From Octopus vulgaris (taxonomy: Eukaryota), in contig OX597833.1 of assembly GCA_951406725.2 (NCBI GenBank), forward strand, positions 64,604,001-64,668,000: 64,000 bases of DNA. Direction: 5' to 3'. The position numbers and the translations under genes are program-made. How positions within the stretch are numbered: position 1 is the stretch's first letter; each line of letters opens with the position of its first letter. The notes under the pieces were generated by a model, which saw nothing but the letters and a program-made list of their open reading frames with translations, made no database searches and was not told where the DNA came from. Of this stretch, positions 23,871 through 36,052 are shown in pieces.

Positions 23871-25927
23871 ATAATTCTTTTAAATACATCTAAAACAGCC
23901 AACGATATCATATGGCCTTGCTATTTGCTTTTGAGCCAAATTAACTAACTAACATATAACAAGTGAAAAAATATCCATACACTTTAATCTGGCAAATAAT
24001 TCGCGGAAAGATTTTAAACCAATGAAATTCTAAAGGCTTCAGCTTATACACTCAACAACAAAACCAGATAATATAACGAACAGTTATAAAGAGTTGCTAT
24101 CGATTGACAACTTGAACCTGGATGTTCTACCTTCAAAACAATAAACGCATTGACTTAAGTTTTTGTCTGATTCATTAATAACAATGCAACCCGTCTTAAA
24201 CCACTGAAACGAAGTGCAAACATATCGTAAGTTGCCAAATATTACATAACAAATCAGAATGTCTCATATATATTTTATAAGAACTATTAGCGTTACTTCT
24301 CATATGTCATGTCTTATATTTGGTTTTTGACAAAGTATACGAATATCACTTTATGTCGTTTAAGCATATTTTTTTATTTTTATCCTCTAGTTTCGTAACT
24401 TTTCCCCCTTCTCCTCATCACTCTCTTTTCTGTCTCATTTAACCTGTCTTATTTTTTCTGTTCTGCGTTTTTGTTTTTATTCACTTCTTTATATCTCAGA
24501 AATTTACGCTGCCGAGACAACCAATTTAAAGAATATTGCCGAAAGGTGTCGAAAATGTGATGATTTTTGTATACAACGAAGCAGGAGTGGAGGATGTCTG
24601 CGTCCATATCTATGTGAGAATTTTTCTGTATGGTCCATTGTTTTTTTTAACTGTGTCACATCATATAGAGACTTATAAATGTTTGCCATCTTGAGTTTAG
24701 TCAAAGATATTACGCATGGTACGTATTTTAATTCTTGCGATTGCTCTATTGGTCTTTGCCGTATCACTTAGTTACAAAGACAAATTGAAACACGTTGTTA
24801 AACGACGGGTTGCACGCACGGAACTCCCACTTTCATGCACACATGCACACGCACATACACGCGCGCAGACACACACACATATACACACACGCACGCACAC
24901 ACATATAAACGCAAACCCACACACATGGAGTGTTAAACAATAACAACCAGAATGAGGAGAAAAGAGGAGGTTTTGTACTGTAAGTAAATTTGATAGTACT
25001 ACGTGGATAAACTCGAAGGCAATTGACCCCCGAGTTACACACTACATTTGATATCACTTTTATACCACGCCTGAACAAAGAAAATTACTTTAACTTCAAG
25101 AGCACCTTTCGTCATACAACCGTTTACACACTCGTTATTTGGGGCCAAACACCAGTGGCAATAACAACGAAAACGAACAACAAATTCTCTACGTAGTCTG
25201 AGGTACTATTAGAAGAAAAAATACAATGGAAATTTCCATCGGGTTACTCACTACAACAAGACGACCAAAGTTTTCTTTTTTTTCCAAGGTCTGGGGTCTC
25301 CTGCCCCTAAGCCCAAGACCATCACCAGATCACCCTTACCCGTCTTGTTGCTTAACAACAACAACAACAGCGACCAGAGTAACACACAAAAATGCCAAAA
25401 CAACAAGAGTCAGAACAGAAACAATACAAGAAGAAGAATAGCTACAAAAACAACAACTGCAATAGCAGCACCAACACGAACGACAACAAATTCCGACCAT
25501 TGTTCCAGCAACTACTCGGTTAAATATTTCTCGTGTAGAATGAATTAGTGTAAAAAGATGTTTAGTATTATATCGATTCATACTAATCTAGCCCTGTCCT
25601 ACTAAATTTCACCTCCTGCATAGAGATACAGAGAAATCAATAACCATTCTGTGTATGATGTAACAATATATTATAGCTCCAGATATACGTCACTGCAGAG
25701 GGAAAAATTGACGAACGCAAAAGTTGGTCATAAAAATATTTTGGTTCGTCGTTGGTTGGTCGTAAACTGAAAAGATAAACACAAACAATATTTTTCATTC
25801 GCCATCTTGTTTTTAATTTACAAGCTTATTTTTGCTTTATGTTTTCGATATTTTATTAGGTAGAGTTTCAAAGAATTCGGACTACCTCTTGTTGACTTCT
25901 ACTAATCATCGATGTTACGAGGGCGCT

Positions 25928-26535
25928 AAGGCAGCAACCTGGCAGAATCGTTACCGCATCAAACGGAATTATCAGCGGTGTTTCTTCTCTCATTTTAAGT
26001 TTCTAGGTTCAAATCCCGCCGAGGTAAAAAAAAAAGATGGGTGAATGTAGCAAGGATGGCACGTATGAATGACGAAGCCACCTTGACTATGATCCTATGA
26101 ACCGTAAAAATTAATACAGAGAGTTGCTTATTTGTAAAAAAAAATATATAACATGTGACTTCATTGACCGAGGTTACCGTGGTCTTTTCCGTAGGCTTTT
26201 CTTTCTACGGGTAAACCTCACCTGTCCTCCCCTTTATACTTTATATTGACATTTCTGTGATAACGATCCCTATTGATCAATTTTTTTTTCCTTTCCCTTG
26301 CCCCCCTTTTTTTGTCCTCTTTCTTTCCTTTTGTGATCCTTTTTGATCGAAAACAAAATCCCCCTTTTTTACCCCCAAAAGAAAAGCTCTACCTTGTAAT
26401 TTGTCCTGTCTGTGTGCAGCCCTGTGTGGCTAATAAAGAAATATATCCTTTCGCGATCGATAAAACGTGTACCAGTATAACTTTGAGGTCGAAGTAATCT
26501 ACCTTGTTTTCCTTGAAAAAATTCAGGCCTTGAGA
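25928..26535 (+). mobile_element. Old SINE family A copy interrupted by a LINE fragment
   Basis: Head to GGTTCAAATCCCGCCGAGGT (about 26025); resumes at TCCTTTCGCGATCGATAAAA (about 26445). Confidence 0.7.
26026..26444 (+). mobile_element. Tx1/L1-like LINE 3' end (ORF2 C-terminus plus 3' UTR)
   Basis: KKRWVNVARMARMNDEATLTMIL* followed by a pyrimidine-rich UTR and GTGCAGCCCTGTGTGGCTAATAAAGAAAT terminus with AATAAA; the clade call is from memory of RW-ending ORF2s. Confidence 0.5.
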
Positions 26536-26540
26536 CTATA

Positions 26541-26862
26541 GGCGAAGGAATGGCTGTGTGGGAAGTAGCTTGCTAACCACACTTCCGGGTTCAGTCCCAC
26601 TGCATGGCACCTTGGGTAACTGTCTTCTGCTATAGCCTAGGGCCGACCAAAGATTTGTGAGTGGATTTGGTAGATGGAAACTGAAAGAAGCCCGTCGTAT
26701 ACTCTTTTACTCTTTTACTTGTTTCAGTAATTTTACTGTGGCCATGCTGGAGCACCGTCTTTAGTCGAGCAAATCGACCCCATGACTTATTCTTTGTAAG
26801 CCTAGTACTTATTCTATCGGTCTCTTTTGCTTGACAACCGATACTGATGTGTTTACGTCCCC
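26541..26862. mobile_element. SINE family B head (+, 26541-26700), inverted family B tail (-, 26700-26830) and mid-segment (+, 26830-26862)
   Basis: Orientation switches visible at CCCGTCGTAT|ACTCTTTTAC and TCTCTTTTGC|TTGACAACC. Confidence 0.85.
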
Positions 26863-28981
26863 CTAAAAAAACGCAATAGAAGCCGTTAAAACATTCGGAG
26901 AGATATGTGATAAAAAGCGGACAAGAAAGAAACAACAATTAGAAGGACAGGCAAAAAAAAAGACGTGTCATTCGTAGCTCACTTTCTTCAGTCAAGTTCC
27001 AGAAGTAATGACCATTTCGGGCAGTTACACTTGAGATGGTTCGATGTGGTTTCCCTCAAAAAAGTCTAAGCTAAGAGCATTAGAACCCATTTGTAAGAAA
27101 GCTAGTGAATGTGTACGGCAACAAAGACGAAAAAGGGAGAACATGGTACACAATTACGAATACAGACAACAAGAAATAACAACAGGTGTCTTTTGACTGA
27201 GAACGAATCAAATTGAGCTGGTGTGTATGAAGTGGAAGCGTAAAGGCAGGAACATGGGAGATGGACACAAGAGTTGTTGACGGTTTGCAGTCAGGCCAAG
27301 AGAGAAAGATCATGGCTGGCCGGACACCGGTCACGTGGAAGGAGGAGAGATGGGTAAGGGGCAGCGGGATTGAAGGATTAGAAAGAAATCAGAGACAAAA
27401 AGAGAAATGTACAGGGAGATAAACGAGTGGGAAATAGTATGAGTTAAAGAAAGAGAGGACCAAGAAATGTGAGAGAGAGGGAGCAAGAAAAAGGAAGGAA
27501 ATGAGAAGGGGAATAAAAGATAGAGTAAGAGTTGTACAAAATTTAGATACATACCTATTATAAGGTGAGCATGGGGATCGTTCATCTTTTGTCCATTCAG
27601 CTTTGATTTCTCATTTCGTTTTATCATTCGACTCGGTTGGCAATAACTTATATATTAATAATATAATCGGACTGAATTCACCTGTTTGTTCCCCTCTCAT
27701 CACCTATTAACTTCCTTCTTTACCCGAATTTCTACCTGTAGCTTAAAATAAATGAACGACTATCTTAGGTAGCGAAGATTATCCTACGCCTAGATTTCGC
27801 ACGAACTTTCAGAACTAACTCGTTAAGTTAAGGAGATTTTCTGGACACGAGATCTGATATCTACCAAAGGTTTACACCTACTGAAGGTGCCATAGCAGTG
27901 GCGCTGAATATGGAAACATTTGGTTGGGAAGCAAGCTCCTTACGACACAGATATTTCGAGGTATAACGATTTAATGTTTAACGAAGCTTAAATTAATTTA
28001 GAATTTCTAAGGGAGTGAAAAGAGCCAGTTTTAAGAGATTTAGAACCTATTTCTTTCAATAACGTGGTATCAGATTCACTAGCCCTGAGCCCTTCGTTTA
28101 ACACCTAATTTCTGTTGCTTCAGAAGAATGCAATTCTCGCCTGGTTGGCATGGGGTAGACAGAAACTTTGACTTCTCCTTTTGAAATTGTACAATCTGCT
28201 GCTTAGTTTAAAACAAATACTTTGTCCTTAAAACGCCAAAGAGAATCATCTGTGTTTCAGACTTTGTGATGTCATTTCTTTTATCTTTTGCTAGCGGCAG
28301 CCATTGAACGGCGGCTAAGCAGAGTCAACGGATTGGATTTCATTTGAACTCAATGACTATAGTCGTTACCGTTTTAAAGTTTGTTGCGTATTGTTAACTT
28401 CCGAGTTTTCAAACCCATTAACTTCCGAATACATGACCAAACCCACACCGATATATGTATATTTATACACGAGTTTTCTCTCAATATACGTCTACTAAAC
28501 CTACACACGTTTTAGTCCAGATTTTACCACACTGTGGTGCTATGCCTACCGAGCGGAAAAAATATCCTGGACAATGCTCCACCTCCTTAACTAAACTGCA
28601 GAATTATATTTTCGTTGGTGAAAAACTAAACAATTCTCAGTATTGCATTGATATAACTCTTCTGGCTATTAGCATCATACAGGGATTGAAACACCAAACG
28701 CTAAAGATGAAACATTCGCACTGAAAAATATTCATCTAAAGCATATTTTTCTGTTTGAAGTCTGCGATTGCCGTTATATATGGTAATGGTCTCTATTTTT
28801 TTTCTTTTTTATTTTACTTCTAAATCAGAATTTCTTTCAATATGTTTCTGCTTCGCTAAATGTTTACACTTGAACATTTGTAAAAGATAGAAAGAAAAAA
28901 AAAAGTCTTTTTGAAAGATAGGAAAATTTGAATTCACTGTTATCAGCATTCCGGAATATATTTCTCAGCAAAATTTGGTCT

Positions 28982-28989
28982 GTATATGC

Positions 28990-29030
<41 letters not shown>

Positions 29031-29257
29031 TATGTATATGTATATATATATATATATATAAACATATATATATATATATGTAAACATATATATATATATA
29101 TGTAAATATATATATTGATATATATATATTCTTGTATATATATATGTATACACATATATATATATGTATATATATACATATATATATATGTATATATATA
29201 CATATATGCTAACATAAATATCTGTATATATGTATATATATATGTACACACACACAC

Positions 29258-29342
<85 letters not shown>

Positions 29343-29352
29343 TGTGTGTGTA
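28982..29352. repeat. (TA)n compound microsatellite
   Basis: Direct inspection. Confidence 0.95.
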
Positions 29353-30087
29353 TCTTCGTTTGGAAACCAAACGCATTAAGCCTCTTCATCAATTTCTTTC
29401 AGACCATCCTTAGTTGTTGTTATTTCCCCCGTGTTTGGTATTTATTTAATTTGTTTTAAATTTACTCAATTACAATTAGAATAAAATTAAGAAACCTTTA
29501 TCAGTTGCGCAGAAACAAATGTATTTATAAAATAAGGAACAAATGTTTTTTTTGTTGTACAAGGTTTCATTTACATAAATTGCAAATGGAAGACCGAATT
29601 CGATTTAACGCTAAAAGGAGAAGTTACAATTTGCATAGAGTTCTCAGATTACGCAAGCCATTATTTCAATTTGAAATAACAAAAGAGAAAGAATTTAACG
29701 AGATGCAACGACACGCAGGCAACAACATCGGAAACTTGTAATTATTCATACGATGTAGAATACTACGTCGCCTTTCGGTGATATGTTTGGTTATATTCTA
29801 TTCTATGTTCCTTGCAGAGCTTTTTGGTGATTTTACGTTTACCATTTTTGATTTTCTTTAGACTGTAATAATGTAATTATTATCTTCACAAAGATCCTAC
29901 GCGAAATATGTTCTGTTTCTGTTATATTCCCTAAATGTAAGAATGTCTGTTTGCTTGTTCCTCCCATTAGACTTTCTCTCATTCATTTCCAATTTCTGAT
30001 TATCACACTACAACCATTTCTGCATAAACCATTTCTCAAATGTCTGCGTTTCAATGTTTATACATACATACATATATATATATATAC

Positions 30088-30164
<77 letters not shown>

Positions 30165-30625
30165 CAAAAAAGGGTAATAACATAGATTACTACCAGTGGC
30201 CCAGCACCAAAGACGAATTAGTCATTAGACAAAATATTATTCATATAGAAATAAGATTAAGGGCTCCCAAATAAGGATGCCAAGTGCTAGGGACACAAAA
30301 AAGGGATAAATTCATCGAGAGTGAAGATCAAAAACATATATATATATATATATATATAGTAGAAATATGTTACGAAAAGAAAATATTAAATACACGTGGA
30401 AATGTAAGGGTAAAATATGAAAAAAATCAACGAAAATGCATATTGCAAATAGAAAAAGGCTATTTATGACAGGTAACGACAAATATATACATTTAGATTG
30501 ACTGAGGTAGTAATACGAGTCATAAATGTCATTATCAAGAGATGATTATAAGATGATAATAAAGTAAGAGAACAAAACGAACCAGTGATTTACGCGAAGG
30601 CTATTCATCGTTTGAACAACACCGG

Positions 30626-30696
<71 letters not shown>

Positions 30697-30704
30697 ATGT
30701 ATAT

Positions 30705-30955
30705 ACGACCAAAACGCCGCCCGTTCAATGGATGATGCTGAGTTGTCAAACATTTAAACCGAATTTTCTCAAAACAACTTCTCCGACCGTCCCATAGGCG
30801 CCCCCTTTCAGAAACACTGATTTAACCCTAAATTTGGGACACCAATCAGGCCGGATCTTTTTGTGCAAACTGCACGTGCATTTTTCTCGCGTACACGTAG
30901 TATCGATAGCAACAGCTATCTTAACTCGCTGCTGCACACTTAAGCGACCTGCCAT
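30705..30955 (-). mobile_element. Possible Tc1/mariner-superfamily transposase N-terminal remnant
   Basis: MAGRLSVQQRVKIAV...EVVLRKFG...IH*TGGVL loosely resembles HTH N-termini of Tc3-like transposases. Confidence 0.3.
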
Positions 30956-31110
30956 CGGGAAAATAATGAGAGATGAGGCAATTAAAAAATCAGATTCCCC
31001 ATTAGTGTTGGCTGTTTAAAAAATGTTTTTGCCATGACTTCAGTGATACTCAATATTCTATAAGGAATTCTTAATGCCTAGTTACTTTCCACCCAACGCG
31101 TGAACGAACA

Positions 31111-31198
<88 letters not shown>

Positions 31199-31241
31199 TA
31201 CACATACACTTACACATAGCGAGACACAGACAGACAGGTAA

Positions 31242-31470
31242 GGCGGCGAGCTGGCAGAAACAATAGCACGCCGGGCGAAATGCTTAGCAGTATTTTGTCT
31301 GCCGTTACGTTCTGAGTTCAAATACCGCCGAGGTCAACATGGCTTTCATCCTTTCGGGATCGATTAAATAAGTACTAGTTACGCACTGGGGTCGATGGAA
31401 TCGACTTAATCCGTTTGTCTGTCCTTGTTTGTCCTCTCTGTGTTTAGCACCTTGTGGGTAGTAAAGAAAG
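31242..31470 (+). mobile_element. SINE family A, full-length monomer
   Basis: GGCGGCGAGCTGGCAGAAAC head to GTGGGTAGTAAAGAAA tail. Confidence 0.92.
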
Positions 31471-31839
31471 AGATAGTTACAATTATAGATGTTGATATAT
31501 CTGATACGAATATATAAAAACACAGATCATCTGTCACACAGCCAGGTGCGCTCTTTGTATTCAGGTGTCGGCTTGCCAAGACTTTCCATCTCCGTCTGTA
31601 TGGTGCTATAATACATACAATCAGCCAGACTCTTGTTTCCAGTTCATCCTTTGATAGCGTCATCCCACATTGGTTCTTGCTTTCGCCTTCACCACACTTG
31701 CCATGGGGCTGATCTTGGGCAATGGATCGAGGCACAAATGGATGCACAAGGTATAAATTTGTGGACTTAATTCTCGGCAAAACTTATCTCTGGGAGTTCA
31801 TCATTTTTAAAACCACAGCCTTACAAAATTTTTTCTGTT

Positions 31840-32113
31840 ACTGGTTATTCTTCCCAAGCTGCAAAAGATCCACATCACAAAGACATTTGCAAATGGGTGC
31901 TGAAATGCTCATAGCTTTTAGGGAATCACGAAAGACTTGGCTGGAGGTTCAACCTACCGAGTTCTTTATACAAGGCTTAGAAAAACAGAAGGACCGACCT
32001 CTGCGATAATAGTGTAATTTCGAGAGGTGGATTATGTTGAATAAATTCATAATTAACTGATCCTCCTCTATTTTTGTTTCACCGAAAGCCAGGAACTTTT
32101 TAGCACCACGTCG
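31840..32113 (+). mobile_element. Mariner 3' fragment with right TIR (irritans-like)
   Basis: TWLEVQPTEFFIQGLEK...DYVE* C-terminus; ends AAAGCCAGGAACTTTTTAGCACCACGTCG|TA. Confidence 0.65.
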
Positions 32114-32481
32114 TATTTTCTTCTCCATTGCTGTATATACTTTCCATGATTCTTCCGCATCGAAGACAATTAGCAAACAATGATAGTATATTTGTCTCAG
32201 TTTTAGGGGCAGAGATATGTCATCTGTGTTTTAGCCATAAGTATTTTATGATTCACTTCTACACAGCAACGGTTCCTAATTTATGATTTCTCGTAAACAC
32301 CTCGTTTGTTACCTGTTCTACATCTCCCTTCATATTTCATTCATGTCGCTTTCCTCTTTTACAATGCCTACAATTCCATGAAATTTCGGTACCGGTGCCT
32401 ACCAATAAAATCTATATCATCAGTAAATGTTATATTATTTATATTGATGCAGTTGACTGAGTCATTAGATAATATTTGCAT

Positions 32482-33177
32482 CTATGTATATTTGTATGTA
32501 TGTATGTATGTATGTATGTATGTATGTATGTATGTATGTATGTATGTATGTATTATGTATGTATGTAAGTATGTATGTATGTATGTATGTATGCATGTGT
32601 GTATGTATGTATGTATGTATGCATGTATGTATGTATGTATGCATATATGTAAGTATGTATGTATGTATGCATGTATGTATGCATGTATGTATGTATGTAT
32701 GCATGTATGTATGCATGTATGAATATATGTATGTATATGCATGTATGTATGTATGTATGTGTATATGTATGTATGTATGTATTATGTATGTATGTATGTA
32801 TGTATGTATGTGTGTATGCATGTAGGTATGTAGTATGTATGCATGTATGTATGTATGAATATATGTATGTATATGCATGTATGTATGTATGTATGCATGC
32901 ATGTATGTATGTATGTGTGTATGTATGTATATATGTATGTATATGAATGTATGTATGTGTGTATGTATGTATGTATGTATGTATGTAAGTATGTATGTAT
33001 GCATGTATGTATGTATGTATGTATGTATGTATGTATGTATGTATGTATGTATGTATGTATGTATGTATGTATGTATGCATGTATGTATGCATGCATGTAA
33101 GTATGTATGTATGTATGTAAGTATGTATGTATGTATGTATGTATGTAAGTATGTTTATGTATGTATGTATGTATGTT

Positions 33178-33211
<34 letters not shown>

Positions 33212-33394
33212 TGTATATATGTATGTATGTATGTATGCATGTATGTATGTATGTATGTATGTATGTATGCAAGTACGTATATATGTATGTATGCATATAT
33301 GTATGTATGTATGTATGTATGCATGTATGTATGTATGTATGTATGTGTGTATGTATGCATGTGTGTATGAATGCATATATGTATGTATGTATGT
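32482..33394. repeat. About 900-bp (TATG)n tetranucleotide array
   Basis: Direct inspection. Confidence 0.97.
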
Positions 33395-33719
33395 GTGAAG
33401 GCGCGTGGGCTTAGTGGTTAGGCGCATTTGGCTCATGATCGTAAGGCTGTGAGTTCAATTCCCGGCGACGCGTTGTGTCCTTGAGCAAGACACTTTATTT
33501 CATGTTGTTCCAGTTCATTCAGCTGGAAAAAAGGAGTAGTACCAGTATTTCAAAGGGCCAGCCCTGTCACACAGTGTCACGCTGAATCTCCCCGAGAACT
33601 ACGTTAAGGGTACACGTGTCTGTGGAGTGCTCAGCCTCTTGCACGTTAATTTCACGAGCAGGCTGTTCCGTTGATCGTATCAGCTGGGACCCTCGTCGTC
33701 GCAACTGACGGAGTGCTCC
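33395..33719 (+). mobile_element. SINE family D head with family C-type tail
   Basis: GGCGCGTGGGCTTAGTGGTTAGG A-box, CTCATGA loop, GAGTTCAATTCCC B-box, TTGTGTCCTTGAGCAAGACAC segment, then GTATTTCAAAGGGCC...GACGGAGTGCTCC tail. Confidence 0.88.
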
Positions 33720-33739
33720 TATGTATGTATGTATGTATA

Positions 33740-33972
33740 CCTATTTCTTTACTACCCACAAGGGGCTAAACACAGAGGGGACAAACAAGCACATACAGAC
33801 GGATTAAGTCGATTACATCGACCCCAGTGCGTAACTGGTATTTAATTTATCGACCCCGAAAGGATGAAAGGAAACGTGGACCTCGGCGGAATTTGAACTC
33901 AGAACGTAACAGCAGACGGAATACGGCTACGCATTTCGCGCGGCATGCTAACGTTTCTGCCAGCGCGCCGCC
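33740..33972 (-). mobile_element. SINE family A, full-length monomer in (TATG)n
   Basis: Same head, central domain and tail as 18895-19128. Confidence 0.92.
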
Positions 33973-33999
33973 TATGTATGTATGTATGTATGTATACCG

Positions 34000-34300
34000 T
34001 CTGCTGGACCAATTACCGATAGATCAGTCTTGGTTGCTCGTGAATGATCTCTTTCAAACAACCCTCATAGATCTGAACAGATTAGCCAGAATGTGGCTTC
34101 CTTGTCAGATCAAATTTCTCCTCTTCCTTGAAGCGTAAAACCGAATTCTGCGCAGTTCCTCCAGTAAAAGGGCCTTCTTCGTACACGTCACAAAATATCT
34201 AGAGCGGTTTTAGTAAGTTTAAAAGCTTGACTGAAAGCAAAGAATATCAGGTGTAGAAGATGCTCGCTCTTTTTTTTCCTATTTGACACTTTATCCCCAT
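34000..34300 (-). mobile_element. Mariner transposase N-terminal (HTH) remnant
   Basis: EHLLHLIFFAFSQAFKLTKTALDI/CDVYEEG...KFDLTRKPHSG*SVQIYEGCLKEIIHEQPR; frameshifted. Confidence 0.65.
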
Positions 34301-34693
34301 CAGACTGCAAAGGTATGAAATTTATGAATATTCCAGAAACGATAAACAAATGTTGTTGGAGAAGCATAGAGATACAAAAAAAAAAAAAAAACCTGAAGCA
34401 TTGCGATAAAAAAATGTTATTGTGTGTTAATTCAAACAACACTGGAATAAAATAGAACGAAATAGTGAGACACAACTCTCTCCCTTTCTACGTACATACA
34501 TACATACATACATACATGCATACATACATATATACATATGTGCATACGTACATACATACATGCATGCATACATATATGTACAAACATACACACATAGATA
34601 TATATACATATATATGTTTGTGAGTGTGTGTGTATATACAAATGTACTTTTATAATATATATATATATATATACATCAATATTTATTTATGTA

Positions 34694-34735
<42 letters not shown>

Positions 34736-34743
<8 letters not shown>

Positions 34744-35304
34744 ATATAGAGGGCATTATACATACATGCCAGAAGGCATTATATATACATGCCAAACGCT
34801 AAGAGGGACAATTAGTCATTTCTACCAAAAATATTACTAATCCCACCGAATGCAATTTTTCAAAGTAAGACATTTAAAAAAATATAGACCTTTATCACAG
34901 TGATTTCATACTTACGTACTCATCAGCAGGCCTGAATGCATTATAAATAAACAACGACCCTGCCCCGCTTAAGTCGATCAGCTAACTGTTCAACATCAAC
35001 GAAGCACATGGGTGAGTTTACATATATTACATCCGGTCAAATGGCAAACTTTTACGAATTGCATTTCGGGAGAGGAAAAGTTTTTTCGGAATAAAAATTT
35101 AGCAATTAAGGACAACTACTTAATAAGGAAAACTTAACAAGAAATTGTCAGGTAGATAGCGTAAAAACCTCATAAGAGAAAATATTTCGAAAATAATTAT
35201 TTCTTATTGAACATATTAATTTATATATAGAGGGCATTATACATACATGCCAGAAGGCATTATATATGAATAAGAAATAATTATTTTCGAAATTTTTTCT
35301 CTTA
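34736..35304. mobile_element. Hammerhead-bearing element with 51-bp direct repeats and 36-bp inverted repeat (Penelope-like or retrozyme-like)
   Basis: Identical 51-mers at 34736-34786 and 35217-35267; inverted repeat 35173-35208 / 35269-35304 (1 mismatch); starts at the end of a (TA)n tract. Confidence 0.65.
34886..34933 (-). ncRNA. Type I hammerhead ribozyme, intact core
   Basis: Minus strand: AGGCCUG-CUGAUGA-GUAC(GUAA)GUAU-GAAA-UCA(CUG)UGA-UA-AAGGUCU; stems I, II and III all pair; predicted cut after AUA (34893/34892). Confidence 0.8.
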
Positions 35305-35374
35305 ACCCCCATCATAACCCCTCGACCTCCCACCCCGCGCCCACTCTTCCCCACCCTCCCCCTGCAGACACCAA

Positions 35375-35520
35375 CCTATTTCTTTACTACCCACAAGAGG
35401 ACGAACACAGACAGACAAAGAGACAGACAGAGAGGACGAACACAGACAGACAAACGGATTAAGTCGATTACATCGACCCCAGTACGTAACTGGTACTTAA
35501 TTTATCGACCCCGAAAGGAT
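35375..35520 (-). mobile_element. SINE family A, 5'-truncated
   Basis: Central domain and tail only, with a small internal duplication. Confidence 0.85.
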
Positions 35521-35929
35521 TCCACCACACACTGATACTATAGCTACAAACATACAGGAGCCCCAAATTCCCCAGCCTTCACCTTATGAAAAAATTATAT
35601 TGTTTTCTACAACGAGTCATTCGATGAGTTGTGCATGGATACAAACAATCTGGACGAGGTGATAAAAGTCGATCTGGAAGGGAGAGAGGGAGTGTCCGTG
35701 CATGTTAAAGGTCTATTAATGGACAGAAAGAACTCGCAAAGATTAAGCGAGGATTATGGAAGAAATGTCATTATCTCACAAATGGAAATTGCTTCCAGGG
35801 GAATGCAGTCAACAGTTAAGCTATCACGAACTTTTAAAAGAATTTAATACGGACATAATAAGCGATTTTAAATTATTGTTTTCAAAATGTTTTAAGGATG
35901 TCATTTGAATTGTTGGGTCTGAGTGGCCC

Positions 35930-36052
35930 CCATTTCATCCATTCATTTTTTATATCATCCTTCTCGTTCGTTTTATTCCCCCCCCCCCCCCATGTTTGTG
36001 CTTTTGTCCATTTTTGTACTGACCCTCTATGTTTAGCCCCTGTGTGCAATAA
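35930..36052 (+). mobile_element. Possible LINE 3' UTR related to 26026-26444 and the SINE A tail
   Basis: Pyrimidine-rich stretch ending CCCTCTATGTTTAGCCCCTGTGTGCAATAA. Confidence 0.4.

Noticed and set aside
25199-25220. TGAGGTA let-7-like seed
   Set aside because: The rest does not match let-7 and no precursor hairpin is evident
30575-30615. Minus-strand ACGATGA...TAAATC possible hammerhead
   Set aside because: Needs several core and stem changes; too degenerate to support
32306-33436. MYVC/HTYI-repeat ORFs
   Set aside because: (TATG)n has no stop codons; artefact
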